Source: Acidobacteriota bacterium (GTDB taxonomy: Bacteria > Acidobacteriota > UBA890 > WLXD01). From it: 64,000 nucleotides of DNA. Of this stretch, positions 17,637-27,084 are shown piece by piece. The position numbers were made by a program, and so were the translations under genes. The DNA is taken from positions 608,001-672,000 of the forward strand of contig CBDBHB010000009.1 in the NCBI GenBank assembly GCA_965205505.1, given 5' to 3'. How positions within the stretch are numbered: position 1 is the stretch's first letter; every line of letters starts with the position of its first letter. Below the pieces are notes generated by a model, which did no database searches, was not told the DNA's origin, and saw only the letters and a program-made list of their open reading frames with translations.

Positions 17637-17850
17637 TGTGCCGTCGTCGCCGCTCCGCGGACTCTCCCCGTCCCGCTCGCTACAAAGTTCAAGCCTTCGG
17701 AGACAGGACGCTAGTAGGACACTAGTTGGCGCGACCGCCCGCATCTCGGTACCCTCTGGCGCGGCGCGCCGTGTGCATCCGCGGCGCGCGCCGCCCGAAT
17801 CCAAGTCGACCCATGCGACGCACCCGTGCCGTCGCTCCCCGGAGCTGCCG

Positions 17851-20490
17851 ATGAACCGTCGCCCTTGGCCGGCCCGCAGGCTGGTGCCGATCGTCGCCCT
17901 GTCCCTCGCCGCCGTCATCGTTGCCGCCAGCGCCCAGGCGGCGTGGCCTCAGCGGTCGATCGTGTCGCCGGAGGAGTACTTCGGCTTTCAGATGGGCGCC
18001 GATCGAAAGCTAGCGCGTTGGGACAAGCTGGTGACGTACTACGAGCAGTTAGCTAGTGCCAGCCCGCGGATGCTGGCGATGAATGTCGGCCCGTCGACGC
18101 TGGGCAACCCGTTCCTGATCCTCTTCATCTCGGCGCCGGAGAACCTCGAGCGCGACAGGTTCATGGAGTTGCAACGGTTCAACGCCACGCTCAGCGACCC
18201 TCGCGATGCAACCGAGGCGGCGATTGAGCAGGCGATCGCCGATGGCAAGGCGGTGGTCGTGCAGTCGATGGGGCTGCATTCGACGGAGGTGGGTGCGAGC
18301 CAGATGGCCGCCGAGCTCACCTATGACCTCGTTACGCGAAACGACGACGAGGTCATGCGCATCCTCGACAACACCATCTCGATCATCATTCCTTGCTTCA
18401 ATCCTGACGGCGAGATCATGGTGACCGATTGGTACAATCAGACTCTCGGCACCGAGTACGAGGGTGTCTCACCGCCCGGCCTCTACCACCACTACATCGG
18501 TCACGACAACAATCGCGACGCCTTTCAGACCAACACCGTCGAGTCGGTATACGGAGCCCAGCTGCTGTTTCGTGACTGGATTCCGCAGGCGTACATCGAT
18601 CACCACCAGATGGGATCGTACGGGGCGCGTATCTACGTGCCTCCCTACGCCGAGCCTATCCGCCCGGCCGCGGACCCGCTGGTGTGGCGCGAGATGAGCT
18701 GGTACGGCGGTCACATCGCCTACAAGGAGGAGGAGGCCGGTGTGGCGGGCGTGGTCAACGCCGCCGTGTATTCCGGCTGGGGACACTTCGGGTTCCACTG
18801 GATCACGCCGTTCCACAACATTGCCGGGATGCTCACCGAATCGGCGAGCGCGCGGCTGGCAACGCCGCTGTTCTTGCATCCCGAACAGCTCAACGGCGGC
18901 ACCCGTGGGCTGCCTGAGTACGAGGCGCAGACGACCTTCCCGAACCCGTGGACTGGCGGATGGTGGCGGGTGCGCGACATTGTCGTGCAGCAGAAGATCT
19001 CCGCCCTGGCGGCGCTCGATCTGGCGGCGCGCAATCGCGAGACGGTGCTCCGCAGCGCCTATCTGAAAGCGAGTCGTCAGACCAAGCGCGGCGCCGAGGG
19101 CAAGCCGGCAGCGTTCGTGATCCCGGCCGCCCAGCACGATCCGCTCACCGCGGTCAAGATGATCAACAAGTTGCGGGTGCAAGGGATCGAAGTTCATCGC
19201 TCTGATCGCCAATTCACCCACGAAGGCCGAGCCTACGACGCCGGTAGCTACGTCGTCTCGATGGCGCAACCCAAGCGCGGCGTGATCCGTTGGCTCCTCG
19301 GTCGCACCTTCTATCCCGACAACACGTACACGCGAACGCGTGACGGCGACCCCATCCGCCCCTACGACATGTCGACCGACAACATGTCGGAGTTCATGGG
19401 CGTGCGCGTAGATGCCATCGATACGCCAGTGGAGTCGGATCTATCGGTTGTCACATCCGACGTCGAGCTTGGCGGCACTGCGGTGCGGGGCCGCCGTGGC
19501 TACGTGATCGATGGCCGGCTGAACGACGCGTTCAAGGCGTTGAACCTGTTGTTGGATAACGGAATCGCTGTGCGTCGCGCCGTCGAGGACATGGCCGGCG
19601 GAGTGCACGCCGGCGACTTCGTCGTATCAGCGGATGCTGCCGAAGACACCGTGAGCGAGATTGCGCAGCGTACCGGCGTGGAGTTCGCCGCCCTGGAAGT
19701 GGACACGACCAGCAGTAGTTATGCGCTCGAGCGCCAGCGCATCGGCATGTACCAGCGCTATTACGGTGGCAACATGGACGAGGGCTGGACGCGACTGCTG
19801 CTCGAGATGTTCGGGTTCCCGTACACCACTCTCATGGACTCCGACGTTACTGGCGGCACCCTGCGCGACAACTACGACGTCATCATCTTGCCGGCTGACT
19901 CTACGAGCGTCATGACCGGCGATGACGAGGACGAGGACGAGGGCGGCTTCCGTGGACGACGCGATGAGTGGCCAGTCGAGTATCGGAGCGGCTTCGGGCA
20001 GGAGGGCGTCGACGCCCTCGAGGCGTTCGTTCAGGCCGGCGGCACGCTGCTCACCTTCGCGCAGGCGGGTGAGTTGGCGATCGAGGAATTCGATCTCCCC
20101 ATCCGCAATGTGGTTGCCGAGCTGCCCTCGCGGCAGTTCTGGTCGCCCGGCTCGACGCTGCGCGTCGAAGTCGACCGCACCAACGCCCTCGCCTATGGCA
20201 TGCCGGCGGCGGCGTTGGCAACTTTCCTGCAAGGCAACCACGTCTATCGTGTGGTGCCGAGCAATCGGAACCATCATGTCGAGCGTATCGTGACCTTCGT
20301 CGACCGCGACATCCTGCAGAGCGGCTGGCTGCTGGGCGAGGAGGTCATCGCCAACAAGGCGGCCATGGTGTCGGTGGGTCATGGAGAAGGCAGGGTCGTG
20401 CTGATCGGCTTTCGGGCGCAGCACCGCGCCCAGACACACGGTACGTTCAAGCTCGTGTTCAACGCGCTGATCAGCGCCCCGTCAGATTGA
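17851..20490 (+). CDS. Secreted M14 zinc carboxypeptidase-like protein with C-terminal GATase-like domain
   Basis: HSTE, NPDG, HDNNRD, DHHQMG, MDEGWTR; signal peptide from ATG 17851. Confidence 0.88.
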   Translation: MNRRPWPARRLVPIVALSLAAVIVAASAQAAWPQRSIVSPEEYFGFQMGADRKLARWDKLVTYYEQLASASPRMLAMNVGPSTLGNPFLILFISAPENLERDRFMELQRFNATLSDPRDATEAAIEQAIADGKAVVVQSMGLHSTEVGASQMAAELTYDLVTRNDDEVMRILDNTISIIIPCFNPDGEIMVTDWYNQTLGTEYEGVSPPGLYHHYIGHDNNRDAFQTNTVESVYGAQLLFRDWIPQAYIDHHQMGSYGARIYVPPYAEPIRPAADPLVWREMSWYGGHIAYKEEEAGVAGVVNAAVYSGWGHFGFHWITPFHNIAGMLTESASARLATPLFLHPEQLNGGTRGLPEYEAQTTFPNPWTGGWWRVRDIVVQQKISALAALDLAARNRETVLRSAYLKASRQTKRGAEGKPAAFVIPAAQHDPLTAVKMINKLRVQGIEVHRSDRQFTHEGRAYDAGSYVVSMAQPKRGVIRWLLGRTFYPDNTYTRTRDGDPIRPYDMSTDNMSEFMGVRVDAIDTPVESDLSVVTSDVELGGTAVRGRRGYVIDGRLNDAFKALNLLLDNGIAVRRAVEDMAGGVHAGDFVVSADAAEDTVSEIAQRTGVEFAALEVDTTSSSYALERQRIGMYQRYYGGNMDEGWTRLLLEMFGFPYTTLMDSDVTGGTLRDNYDVIILPADSTSVMTGDDEDEDEGGFRGRRDEWPVEYRSGFGQEGVDALEAFVQAGGTLLTFAQAGELAIEEFDLPIRNVVAELPSRQFWSPGSTLRVEVDRTNALAYGMPAAALATFLQGNHVYRVVPSNRNHHVERIVTFVDRDILQSGWLLGEEVIANKAAMVSVGHGEGRVVLIGFRAQHRAQTHGTFKLVFNALISAPSD

Positions 20491-20564
20491 ACAGCAGCGG
20501 AGAAGCCGAACAAGCGCGCCGGGCCCGGCGCCTGTGACGGTTTCCGTATCGCGGAGAAGAACAG

Positions 20565-21416
20565 ATGAACGGAAGAAACTTGATGGTCGTGATGACCGTC
20601 GCCGCCAGCGTGCTCATGGGGTCGGCGACCCACGTCGCTATCGCGCAGGTGGGTGTCCAACGATACGTCCGATATAGCTACCAAGGCTCCACGGCCTACG
20701 GCGTCGTCCGCGATGAGGTTGTCCAGCAGCTCGATGGGCCGCCCTACGAATCCCCCATGGCCACGGGCGTCGAGGTTCCTCTCGCCGACGTTACGCTGCT
20801 GGCGCCGGCCGAGCCATCCAAGGTCATCGCGGTGGGGCTGAACTATTTGAGCCACCTCGGGAGCCAGCCGCCCTCCGAGTACCCTGGGCTGTTCGCCAAG
20901 CTACCGACCTCGATCGTCGGCCCCGATGCGGCAATCGAGATACCCGCAGATGCCCACAACGTGCATTACGAGGGCGAGCTCGTGATCGTCATCGGCCAGA
21001 AGGCCCGCGACGTGTCGCCCGAAGACGCTCGCGACTTCATCTTCGGAGTTACGGCGGGAAACGATATCAGCGAGCGTGATTGGCAGGGCGATGACCTGCA
21101 GTGGTTTCGCGCCAAGGCATCGGACACGTTCGGGCCCATCGGACCAGCGATTGTTACCGGGCTCGACTATAACGATCTGCGCGTTCAGACTCGGGTCAAC
21201 GGCGAGTTACGTCAGTCCGAAAGCTCCTCCGACCTGCTGTTCGGGGTCGACGAGATCGTCAGCTACGTTAGTCGCTACGTGACTTTGTTGCCTGGCGACC
21301 TGATCTTCACCGGGACGCCGGGGAGCACGCAGGCGATGCAGCCCGGGGACGTTGTGGAGATCGAAGTTACCGGCGTCGGCGTGCTGCGCAACACCGTAGT
21401 CCGCAAGGGCAGCTGA
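20565..21416 (+). CDS. Fumarylacetoacetate hydrolase family protein with N-terminal signal peptide
   Basis: SKVIAVGLNY, HYEGEL, GNDISERDWQ, KASDTFGP, GDLIFTGTPG; AIA-Q cleavage-like site. Confidence 0.92.
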   Translation: MNGRNLMVVMTVAASVLMGSATHVAIAQVGVQRYVRYSYQGSTAYGVVRDEVVQQLDGPPYESPMATGVEVPLADVTLLAPAEPSKVIAVGLNYLSHLGSQPPSEYPGLFAKLPTSIVGPDAAIEIPADAHNVHYEGELVIVIGQKARDVSPEDARDFIFGVTAGNDISERDWQGDDLQWFRAKASDTFGPIGPAIVTGLDYNDLRVQTRVNGELRQSESSSDLLFGVDEIVSYVSRYVTLLPGDLIFTGTPGSTQAMQPGDVVEIEVTGVGVLRNTVVRKGS

Positions 21417-21429
21417 GAGAGAGGTCGCT

Positions 21430-22182
21430 CTGAGATACGTCCGCTACAGTCACGACGATGCGATCGCGTACGGGCTTCTGCACGGAGATGTCATCGAGGA
21501 GCTCGCCGGCTCACCGTTCGATTCACCGGAGCCTACCGGTCGGACCGTGGACGCGCGGGAGGCCCGTCTGTTGGCCCCGTGTGAGCCGTCGAAGGTGCTG
21601 GCGGTGGGACTCAATTACCGCAGCCACCTGGACGGCCGCCCGTTGCCGGATCCGCCGGGCATCTTCATCAAGCTGCCGACATCAATCGTCGGACCCGGAG
21701 ACCCGATCGTGCTCCCGGCCGACGCCGACAACGTGCACTACGAAGGCGAGTTGGTGATCGTCATGGGACGCCGCGCTCATGAGGTCTCCGCCGCGGCGGC
21801 GGGCGACTATGTCTTCGGCGTTACGGTCGGCAATGACGTGAGCGAGCGCGATTGGCAGCGCGACGATCTGCAGTGGTTCCGCGCCAAGGGCTGCGACACC
21901 TTCGGTCCAATCGGACCGGTCATCGCTACCGACCTCGACTACGACAACCTGCATCTCCAGACGCGCGTTAACGGCGAGGTGCGCCAAGAGCAGAACACCA
22001 ACGATCTCGTCTGCGGAGTCAACGACATCGTCAGTTACATCAGCAGCTACGCGACGCTGTTGCCGGGAGACGTCATCTTCACCGGAACGCCGGGAAGCAC
22101 GCAGGCGATGCAGAATGGCGATGTAGTGGAGGTCGAGATCGATGGCATCGGCGTGTTGAGAAACACTGTCTTGCGGCTCTGA
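21430..22182 (+). CDS. Fumarylacetoacetate hydrolase family protein (tandem paralog), probable CTG start
   Basis: Similarity to the upstream paralog extends to CTG-RYVRYSH at 21430, with GAGG SD 5 nt upstream; in-frame TAG at 21397 and no ATG/GTG/TTG between it and the CTG. Confidence 0.88.
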   Translation: MRYVRYSHDDAIAYGLLHGDVIEELAGSPFDSPEPTGRTVDAREARLLAPCEPSKVLAVGLNYRSHLDGRPLPDPPGIFIKLPTSIVGPGDPIVLPADADNVHYEGELVIVMGRRAHEVSAAAAGDYVFGVTVGNDVSERDWQRDDLQWFRAKGCDTFGPIGPVIATDLDYDNLHLQTRVNGEVRQEQNTNDLVCGVNDIVSYISSYATLLPGDVIFTGTPGSTQAMQNGDVVEVEIDGIGVLRNTVLRL

Positions 22183-22237
22183 TGTCGCTGGCTCGGATGG
22201 ATAGTGTCTTGGCTGGTGTGCGCCAGGAGGCCGCCTG

Positions 22238-22786
22238 ATGTCCCGCCCGCAAGCGAATCGAAGGGGAGCGATGCTACTCGGCGCGCTGCCGTTGCTGCTG
22301 ATCCTGGCCGGATCGGCTTGGCCAGCGCAGTCAGGCGAGCAAGCATCGGTGGTGTACGTGCTACGTCACGCCGAGCGTGCCGATACCGCGCAGCCCGAGC
22401 GCGATCCGCATCTCAGCGCTGCCGGTCATGCCCGTGCCGAACAGCTGGCCGAGCTCCTGGTCGCGGAGCACATCGCCACCATCTTCAGCTCTGACTATCA
22501 TCGCACCCGCGAAACGGCTCGACCGCTGGCGAGCCGCCTCGGCTTGTCGGTGCAGACCTACGATCCGAGCGCCTTGGCCGAGCTTGCTGCCGAGCTCAGC
22601 GAGCTGCCGGGGCGACATGTGGTCGTCGGCCACAGCAACACGACACCGCAGCTCGTTGAGCTGCTGGGCGGCGATCCAGGCGAGCCGATCGACGATGCGG
22701 TGGAGTTTGATCGTCTCTACATCGTGGTCCGGGACGCCGATCGAGTCACCACAGTGCACCTGCGCTATGGAGCACCGTCACGCTGA
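22238..22786 (+). CDS. Histidine phosphatase (SixA/phosphoglycerate mutase family), exported
   Basis: LRHAE, SSDYHRTRETA, VVGHSNT; signal peptide; AGGAGG SD. Confidence 0.9.
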   Translation: MSRPQANRRGAMLLGALPLLLILAGSAWPAQSGEQASVVYVLRHAERADTAQPERDPHLSAAGHARAEQLAELLVAEHIATIFSSDYHRTRETARPLASRLGLSVQTYDPSALAELAAELSELPGRHVVVGHSNTTPQLVELLGGDPGEPIDDAVEFDRLYIVVRDADRVTTVHLRYGAPSR

Positions 22787-22807
22787 GCTCGAGTTCACCA
22801 CGGCCTG

Positions 22808-24115
22808 CTAGGCGCCGGCCGCCGCATCGTCCCGGGGGAGGCTCAAACGCACCAGCCGCGCGCGGCCTTTTCGCACCTCGAGTACCTCCGCGGTGGCGTC
22901 GTCGAACTCGTCAATGTCCCCTGCGTCGACGACTCGAAGCAGCTTCTCGCGCAGCAACCCGGCCAGCGTATCGGCGACGCGTGAGTGCAGCTCCAGGCCG
23001 GTCCATCGATTTACCACCTGCAGGAGCGCACCCCCCTGCACCAGGAACCGGCCGGCGCCGTCGGGCACGACGTCCGGCTCCTCCTGATCGAACTCGTCCT
23101 GCACCGGGCCGACGATCTGCTCGAGCACGTTCTCCAGCGTTACGAGGCCCGAGACGGTGCCGAACTCATCGAGCACGAAGGCCATGTGCTGACGCGTCGC
23201 CTGGAACACGCGTAGCAGTCGTGCAATGCGCAGCGTGTCGGGCACGAACCGCGGTGGCCGCATCAGCGACTCCACGCGGGTCTTGCTGTCGGCCGAGATC
23301 CCGGGTAGGTCGCGCGTATGGAGCACCCCCACCAGCTCGTCCAGCGACCCCCGGCACACCGGATAGCGACCGTGCTTGGTGGCGCGCACCTTGCGGATGA
23401 TCTCGCCGATCGAATCGTCTACGTCGACATAGGCGATCTCGCGCCGCGGCACCATGACCTGCCGGCAGGTGATCTCGTCGAACTCGAACACCGCGTCGAT
23501 CAGCCGATGCTCCGCCTTGGTGAGCTCACCGTGGGCGTGAGCGTGGCTGAGCAGCCGGCGGATCTCCTCCTCGCTGTGCAGCTCATCGTGCTCGGCGCCA
23601 CCCTCCACGCCGAGTCGCTTGAGCAGGGACGACGTAATCGAATCGAGCACCACCAGTAGCGGATAGGCGAGAATATAGAAAGCTCTCAGTGGCAGCGCAC
23701 ACCACAGCGCCATTTGCTCGGGGCGCCGGATCGCGAAGATCTTCGGGGCCTGTTCGCCGATTACCAGGTGCAGCGCGGTGATCACGCTGAACGCGATCGT
23801 GAACGAGGTCGTGTGGAGAACCGCCGACGAGGTGATCCCGACGGCGTGCAGCCATGGCTCCAGGAGCCGCGCGATCGCCGGCTCACCCACCCAACCGAGC
23901 CCAAGCGATGCCATCGTGATGCCCAGCTGACACGCCGACAACGACCGGTCCATGCGGGAGAACAGCCACTGGGTGGTCGTTGATAGCAAGCTATCACGGC
24001 CGGCAATCTCGCTCAGCCGACTGGGCCGCATCTTCACGAGCGCGAACTCGGCCGCCACGAAGAAGCCGTTCAGGACTACTAGAATCGCTGTCAGAAAGAC
24101 GAGAAAGAGATCCAC
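22808..24115 (-). CDS. Hemolysin/CNNM-CBS-CorC family protein
   Basis: NGFFVAAEFALV, QLGITMASLGLGWVGEP, GEQAPK, MVPR, DEFGTVSGLVTLENVLEQIVG; start GTG 24115 or ATG 24157. Confidence 0.93.
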   Translation of the reverse strand: MDLFLVFLTAILVVLNGFFVAAEFALVKMRPSRLSEIAGRDSLLSTTTQWLFSRMDRSLSACQLGITMASLGLGWVGEPAIARLLEPWLHAVGITSSAVLHTTSFTIAFSVITALHLVIGEQAPKIFAIRRPEQMALWCALPLRAFYILAYPLLVVLDSITSSLLKRLGVEGGAEHDELHSEEEIRRLLSHAHAHGELTKAEHRLIDAVFEFDEITCRQVMVPRREIAYVDVDDSIGEIIRKVRATKHGRYPVCRGSLDELVGVLHTRDLPGISADSKTRVESLMRPPRFVPDTLRIARLLRVFQATRQHMAFVLDEFGTVSGLVTLENVLEQIVGPVQDEFDQEEPDVVPDGAGRFLVQGGALLQVVNRWTGLELHSRVADTLAGLLREKLLRVVDAGDIDEFDDATAEVLEVRKGRARLVRLSLPRDDAAAGA

Positions 24116-24301
24116 GCGGCCCACCTTCGGCGCGTATCCATCGCTGCGCGATCGCAACGGCGGCCACCCATCGAGAGCTTACAAGATCGCACGCCGAAGT
24201 GGTCCTCGACGACCACCCCACCCAGCCAGGGTCGCAAAGCGCTACGATCTGCGGTCGGGCTCGGCGAATTCGAAACGTTGATCGACAGGAGATGAACTTC
24301 C

Positions 24302-24910
24302 GTGATCACCTCGCGTACGAGATTTCTGATCATCGCAACGCTCGCCATGACGACCCATCAGGTGGCAGCTGCTGCGCCGCAGCCAGCCGCGCCCGGTCGC
24401 TTGCGGCTCACCGAATCGGCGATTGAGGCGCTACTGACGCGCATGGTGTTCAATCAGGAGGGGCGCTGGAACTTGAAGGAGCCGAGCGACTGCGGCTATG
24501 CCATCGTGCAGAATCACTCCGTCGAGTTGGCGGGCGGGCTGATCGGAATCCGCGCCAAGCTGTACTGGAGCGAGGCAAAACGGATCTTCGGTGAGTGCCG
24601 CGGCCCGAGCACCAACTTCGAGGTCCTTGCCACCGCCACCCCGGTCGCCGGCGGTCCCACGCTTGGCTTGCGCGACATCCAGGTGAGCGCGCCGGATGGC
24701 GACGTGGTTGCCGTTGCCGCGCTGACGCTGCTCAGGAGCAGGATCCCGAGCTCCTACGACGTCGACGTGTCGCTGATGTTGAGCGAGGCGCTGGCGAGCT
24801 CGGAGATGACCGATTTGCTGGCGATCGCCGACTTTCAGGCGACCGACGCGCGGGTTGGCGACGGGACGCTTGATCTCGGCCTGGGATTCACGCTGACGAG
24901 CCGCTACTGA
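24302..24910 (+). CDS. Hypothetical secreted protein
   Basis: Signal-peptide-like N-terminus, host-like codon usage, AGGAG upstream. Confidence 0.65.
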   Translation: MITSRTRFLIIATLAMTTHQVAAAAPQPAAPGRLRLTESAIEALLTRMVFNQEGRWNLKEPSDCGYAIVQNHSVELAGGLIGIRAKLYWSEAKRIFGECRGPSTNFEVLATATPVAGGPTLGLRDIQVSAPDGDVVAVAALTLLRSRIPSSYDVDVSLMLSEALASSEMTDLLAIADFQATDARVGDGTLDLGLGFTLTSRY

Positions 24911-24930
24911 GCCGGCCAGCCCGGAGGCGC

Positions 24931-25573
24931 TCAGAATCCTTCGAGCCAATCCTCGGGGATACCGTATTCACGTGCCCGCGCCATGATGTCGGCGCGTGAA
25001 ACTCCCACTTCCGATAGGCTGCTCAGAAGCTCGTCGAGCATCTTTCGAGCCCCGTCCGGCGATGAAACCGGCTGCTGGAACGCGGCGATCAAACGCGGCA
25101 ACATGGGTAACAGCTGCTCGAGGCCCGCAATCTCCGTTCCTGCGTTGCTGAGCAGTCCGACCATGGAGCCGGGGTCCGAGCCGAGGAGCTCAGAGAGCGC
25201 GCCGAGCGATTCCGGTGCGATCAGGCCGGCAGCGCCCTTCGGCAGGGTCGACTGCGGCTCTGGGGCTTCATGCTCCGCGAGCGTCTCCTCGCGAGCAGGC
25301 GGAACGCGGACTCTGATCGCCCGCGGGGACCCTCGCGAGCTGCGCCGGGCCGAGGCGGTCGTCGACCACGACTCGCTCGACCACAGAGAGCGGGATCGAA
25401 TGCTCCCCGCCGTACTGAGTGAACACGACGTGCTGGCCGTCGACGTGGGCGCGCGCGGTACGAATCACTCGTCCGTTCTTCAGATAGACGCTGTCGGCGG
25501 AGGCGTTCGAGGCGCCGGCCAACGCGCCCATCAGGAACACGACGAGCAGCGGGGACGGTCTGAGCATAGTCAT
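24931..25573 (-). pseudogene. Hypothetical secreted protein apparently split by a frameshift (~25300-25340)
   Basis: Signal peptide plus ADSVYLKNGRVI in one frame; the 24931-25164 frame extends upstream without a stop (REETLAEHEAPEPQ...), offset by one base. Confidence 0.5.
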
Positions 25574-25727
25574 GCGGTGATGCTCTCCGTGGGGGCGCGT
25601 GAGTGCAAGGTGGGGCGCGCCGTTGACCGCGATTGGCGGTATACGTCCGAAGATTCAGGGGGTGGCTCCGTCGAGCTCGTCGCCGTAGCGGCTTGTCCTC
25701 CAGAACGATTACCGGGACCATGGCGTC

Positions 25728-26225
25728 ATGTCCGAGCATCGGGTTCACCTCGTGCAGTTGAATATCGCCCGCATGCGAGCGCCCCTCGACGATCCGCTCA
25801 TGAAAGAGTTTGTCGATCGGCTCGAGCCGCTCAACGCGATCGCCGACGAGGCGCCCGGTTTCGTCTGGCGCCTGCAGGGCGAGGAGGGCAACGCCATCGC
25901 GATCCGCGCTTTCGAGGACGACCGATTGCTCATCAACATGTCCGTATGGACGTCGATCGAGTCACTGCGCGACTACGTCTATCGCGGTGTCCACACCGAG
26001 CCGCTCAAGCGGCGTCAGGAATGGTTCGAGACCATGGATGGACCCACCAGCGTGCTGTGGTGGGTGCCCGCGGGGCATGTTCCGACCGCCGCGGAGGCGC
26101 GCGAGACGCTCGATCGCCTGCGTCGCAACGGCCCGACAGCGACGGCGTTCACCTTCAAGGACTCGTTCGCGCCGCCCGAGACGACACTGACGGCGCACCC
26201 GATTGGCCTGGTTGGGTGTCAGTGA
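25728..26225 (+). CDS. DUF3291 family protein
   Basis: HLVQLNIAR, APGFVWRL, NMSVWTSIESL, VLWWVPAGH, GPTATAFTF. Confidence 0.88.
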   Translation: MSEHRVHLVQLNIARMRAPLDDPLMKEFVDRLEPLNAIADEAPGFVWRLQGEEGNAIAIRAFEDDRLLINMSVWTSIESLRDYVYRGVHTEPLKRRQEWFETMDGPTSVLWWVPAGHVPTAAEARETLDRLRRNGPTATAFTFKDSFAPPETTLTAHPIGLVGCQ

Positions 26226-26271
26226 GCTAAGGTCTGCCTGTTTTCATCAGCTCTCAACCCCAGGGTCGATC

Positions 26272-27084
26272 ATGCGTCGCAACTCTCTGCTGATTGCGTT
26301 GTGCCTGCTGGCGCCGCCCTCGCTGCTGGCCCAGGAGCCCACGGCGTCGCCGGATGTGCACGCCGACCTTGCACGAGGACGCACGCTCTACGTCACCTAC
26401 TGCGCCCGCTGCCACGGGATGACCGGCGGTGGGGGAGAGGGCCCGAGCCTGGCCCGGCGCGAGCTGCCCCGGGCGCCGGATGACGAGGCGCTGATCGCCC
26501 TCATAAGAGACGGGATCCCGGGCACGGCGATGTCGCCCACCTGGTGGCTGGGCGATCGTGAATACGAGCCCCTGACGGGGTACGTGCGGTCGCTGGCCCC
26601 GGCCACGGCGGCGGTCGACGATAGCGTGCGTGGCGATGCCGTGCGTGGTCAGCAGTTGTTCGAAGGCAGCGGCGGGTGTGCGAGCTGCCACACCGTCGGC
26701 GGCTTCGGTACGAACCATGGTCCTGATCTCACCACCGTCGGTTCTCGCCGTGGCACCGCATTCATCCGCGAGGCCATCCTCGACCCCGAGGCGGCGCTAC
26801 CGCGCGGCCTCACCGAGGTCGGTCTCAACTTCATCGACTACCTCGTGGTTCGGGTGGTCGACCGTGACGGTCGCGAGCTGGTGGGGACGCGGCTGAACGA
26901 GGACTCCTACACCATTCAGGTTCGCGATCTGCTCGGGCAGCTGCACTCGTTCTACAAGCCACGCCTTCAGACGCTCGAGAAGCAGTTCGATCAAAGCCTC
27001 ATGCAGAGCTATCGCGAACAGTTCTCCGATGCGGAGATCGACGACCTTGTTGCTTACCTGACCACGCTGGGAGGTGCGGGATGA
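26272..27084 (+). CDS. Diheme c-type cytochrome partnered with a quinoprotein
   Basis: Signal peptide, CARCH and CASCH, GPDLT, SLM...DLVAYL; overlaps the next gene. Confidence 0.9.
   Translation: MRRNSLLIALCLLAPPSLLAQEPTASPDVHADLARGRTLYVTYCARCHGMTGGGGEGPSLARRELPRAPDDEALIALIRDGIPGTAMSPTWWLGDREYEPLTGYVRSLAPATAAVDDSVRGDAVRGQQLFEGSGGCASCHTVGGFGTNHGPDLTTVGSRRGTAFIREAILDPEAALPRGLTEVGLNFIDYLVVRVVDRDGRELVGTRLNEDSYTIQVRDLLGQLHSFYKPRLQTLEKQFDQSLMQSYREQFSDAEIDDLVAYLTTLGGAG

Noticed and set aside
17704-17725. caggacgctag-taggacactag, resembling the GGACACTAG-type end seen near 59895
   Set aside because: Too short to distinguish from chance; no partner end nearby.
17638-17850. N-terminal extensions in the ORF track (also 13164-13241, 33081-33200, 40673-40909, 43291-43395, 58851-59039)
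   Set aside because: Signal peptides, SD sites or family N-termini indicate the downstream starts used in the feature list.
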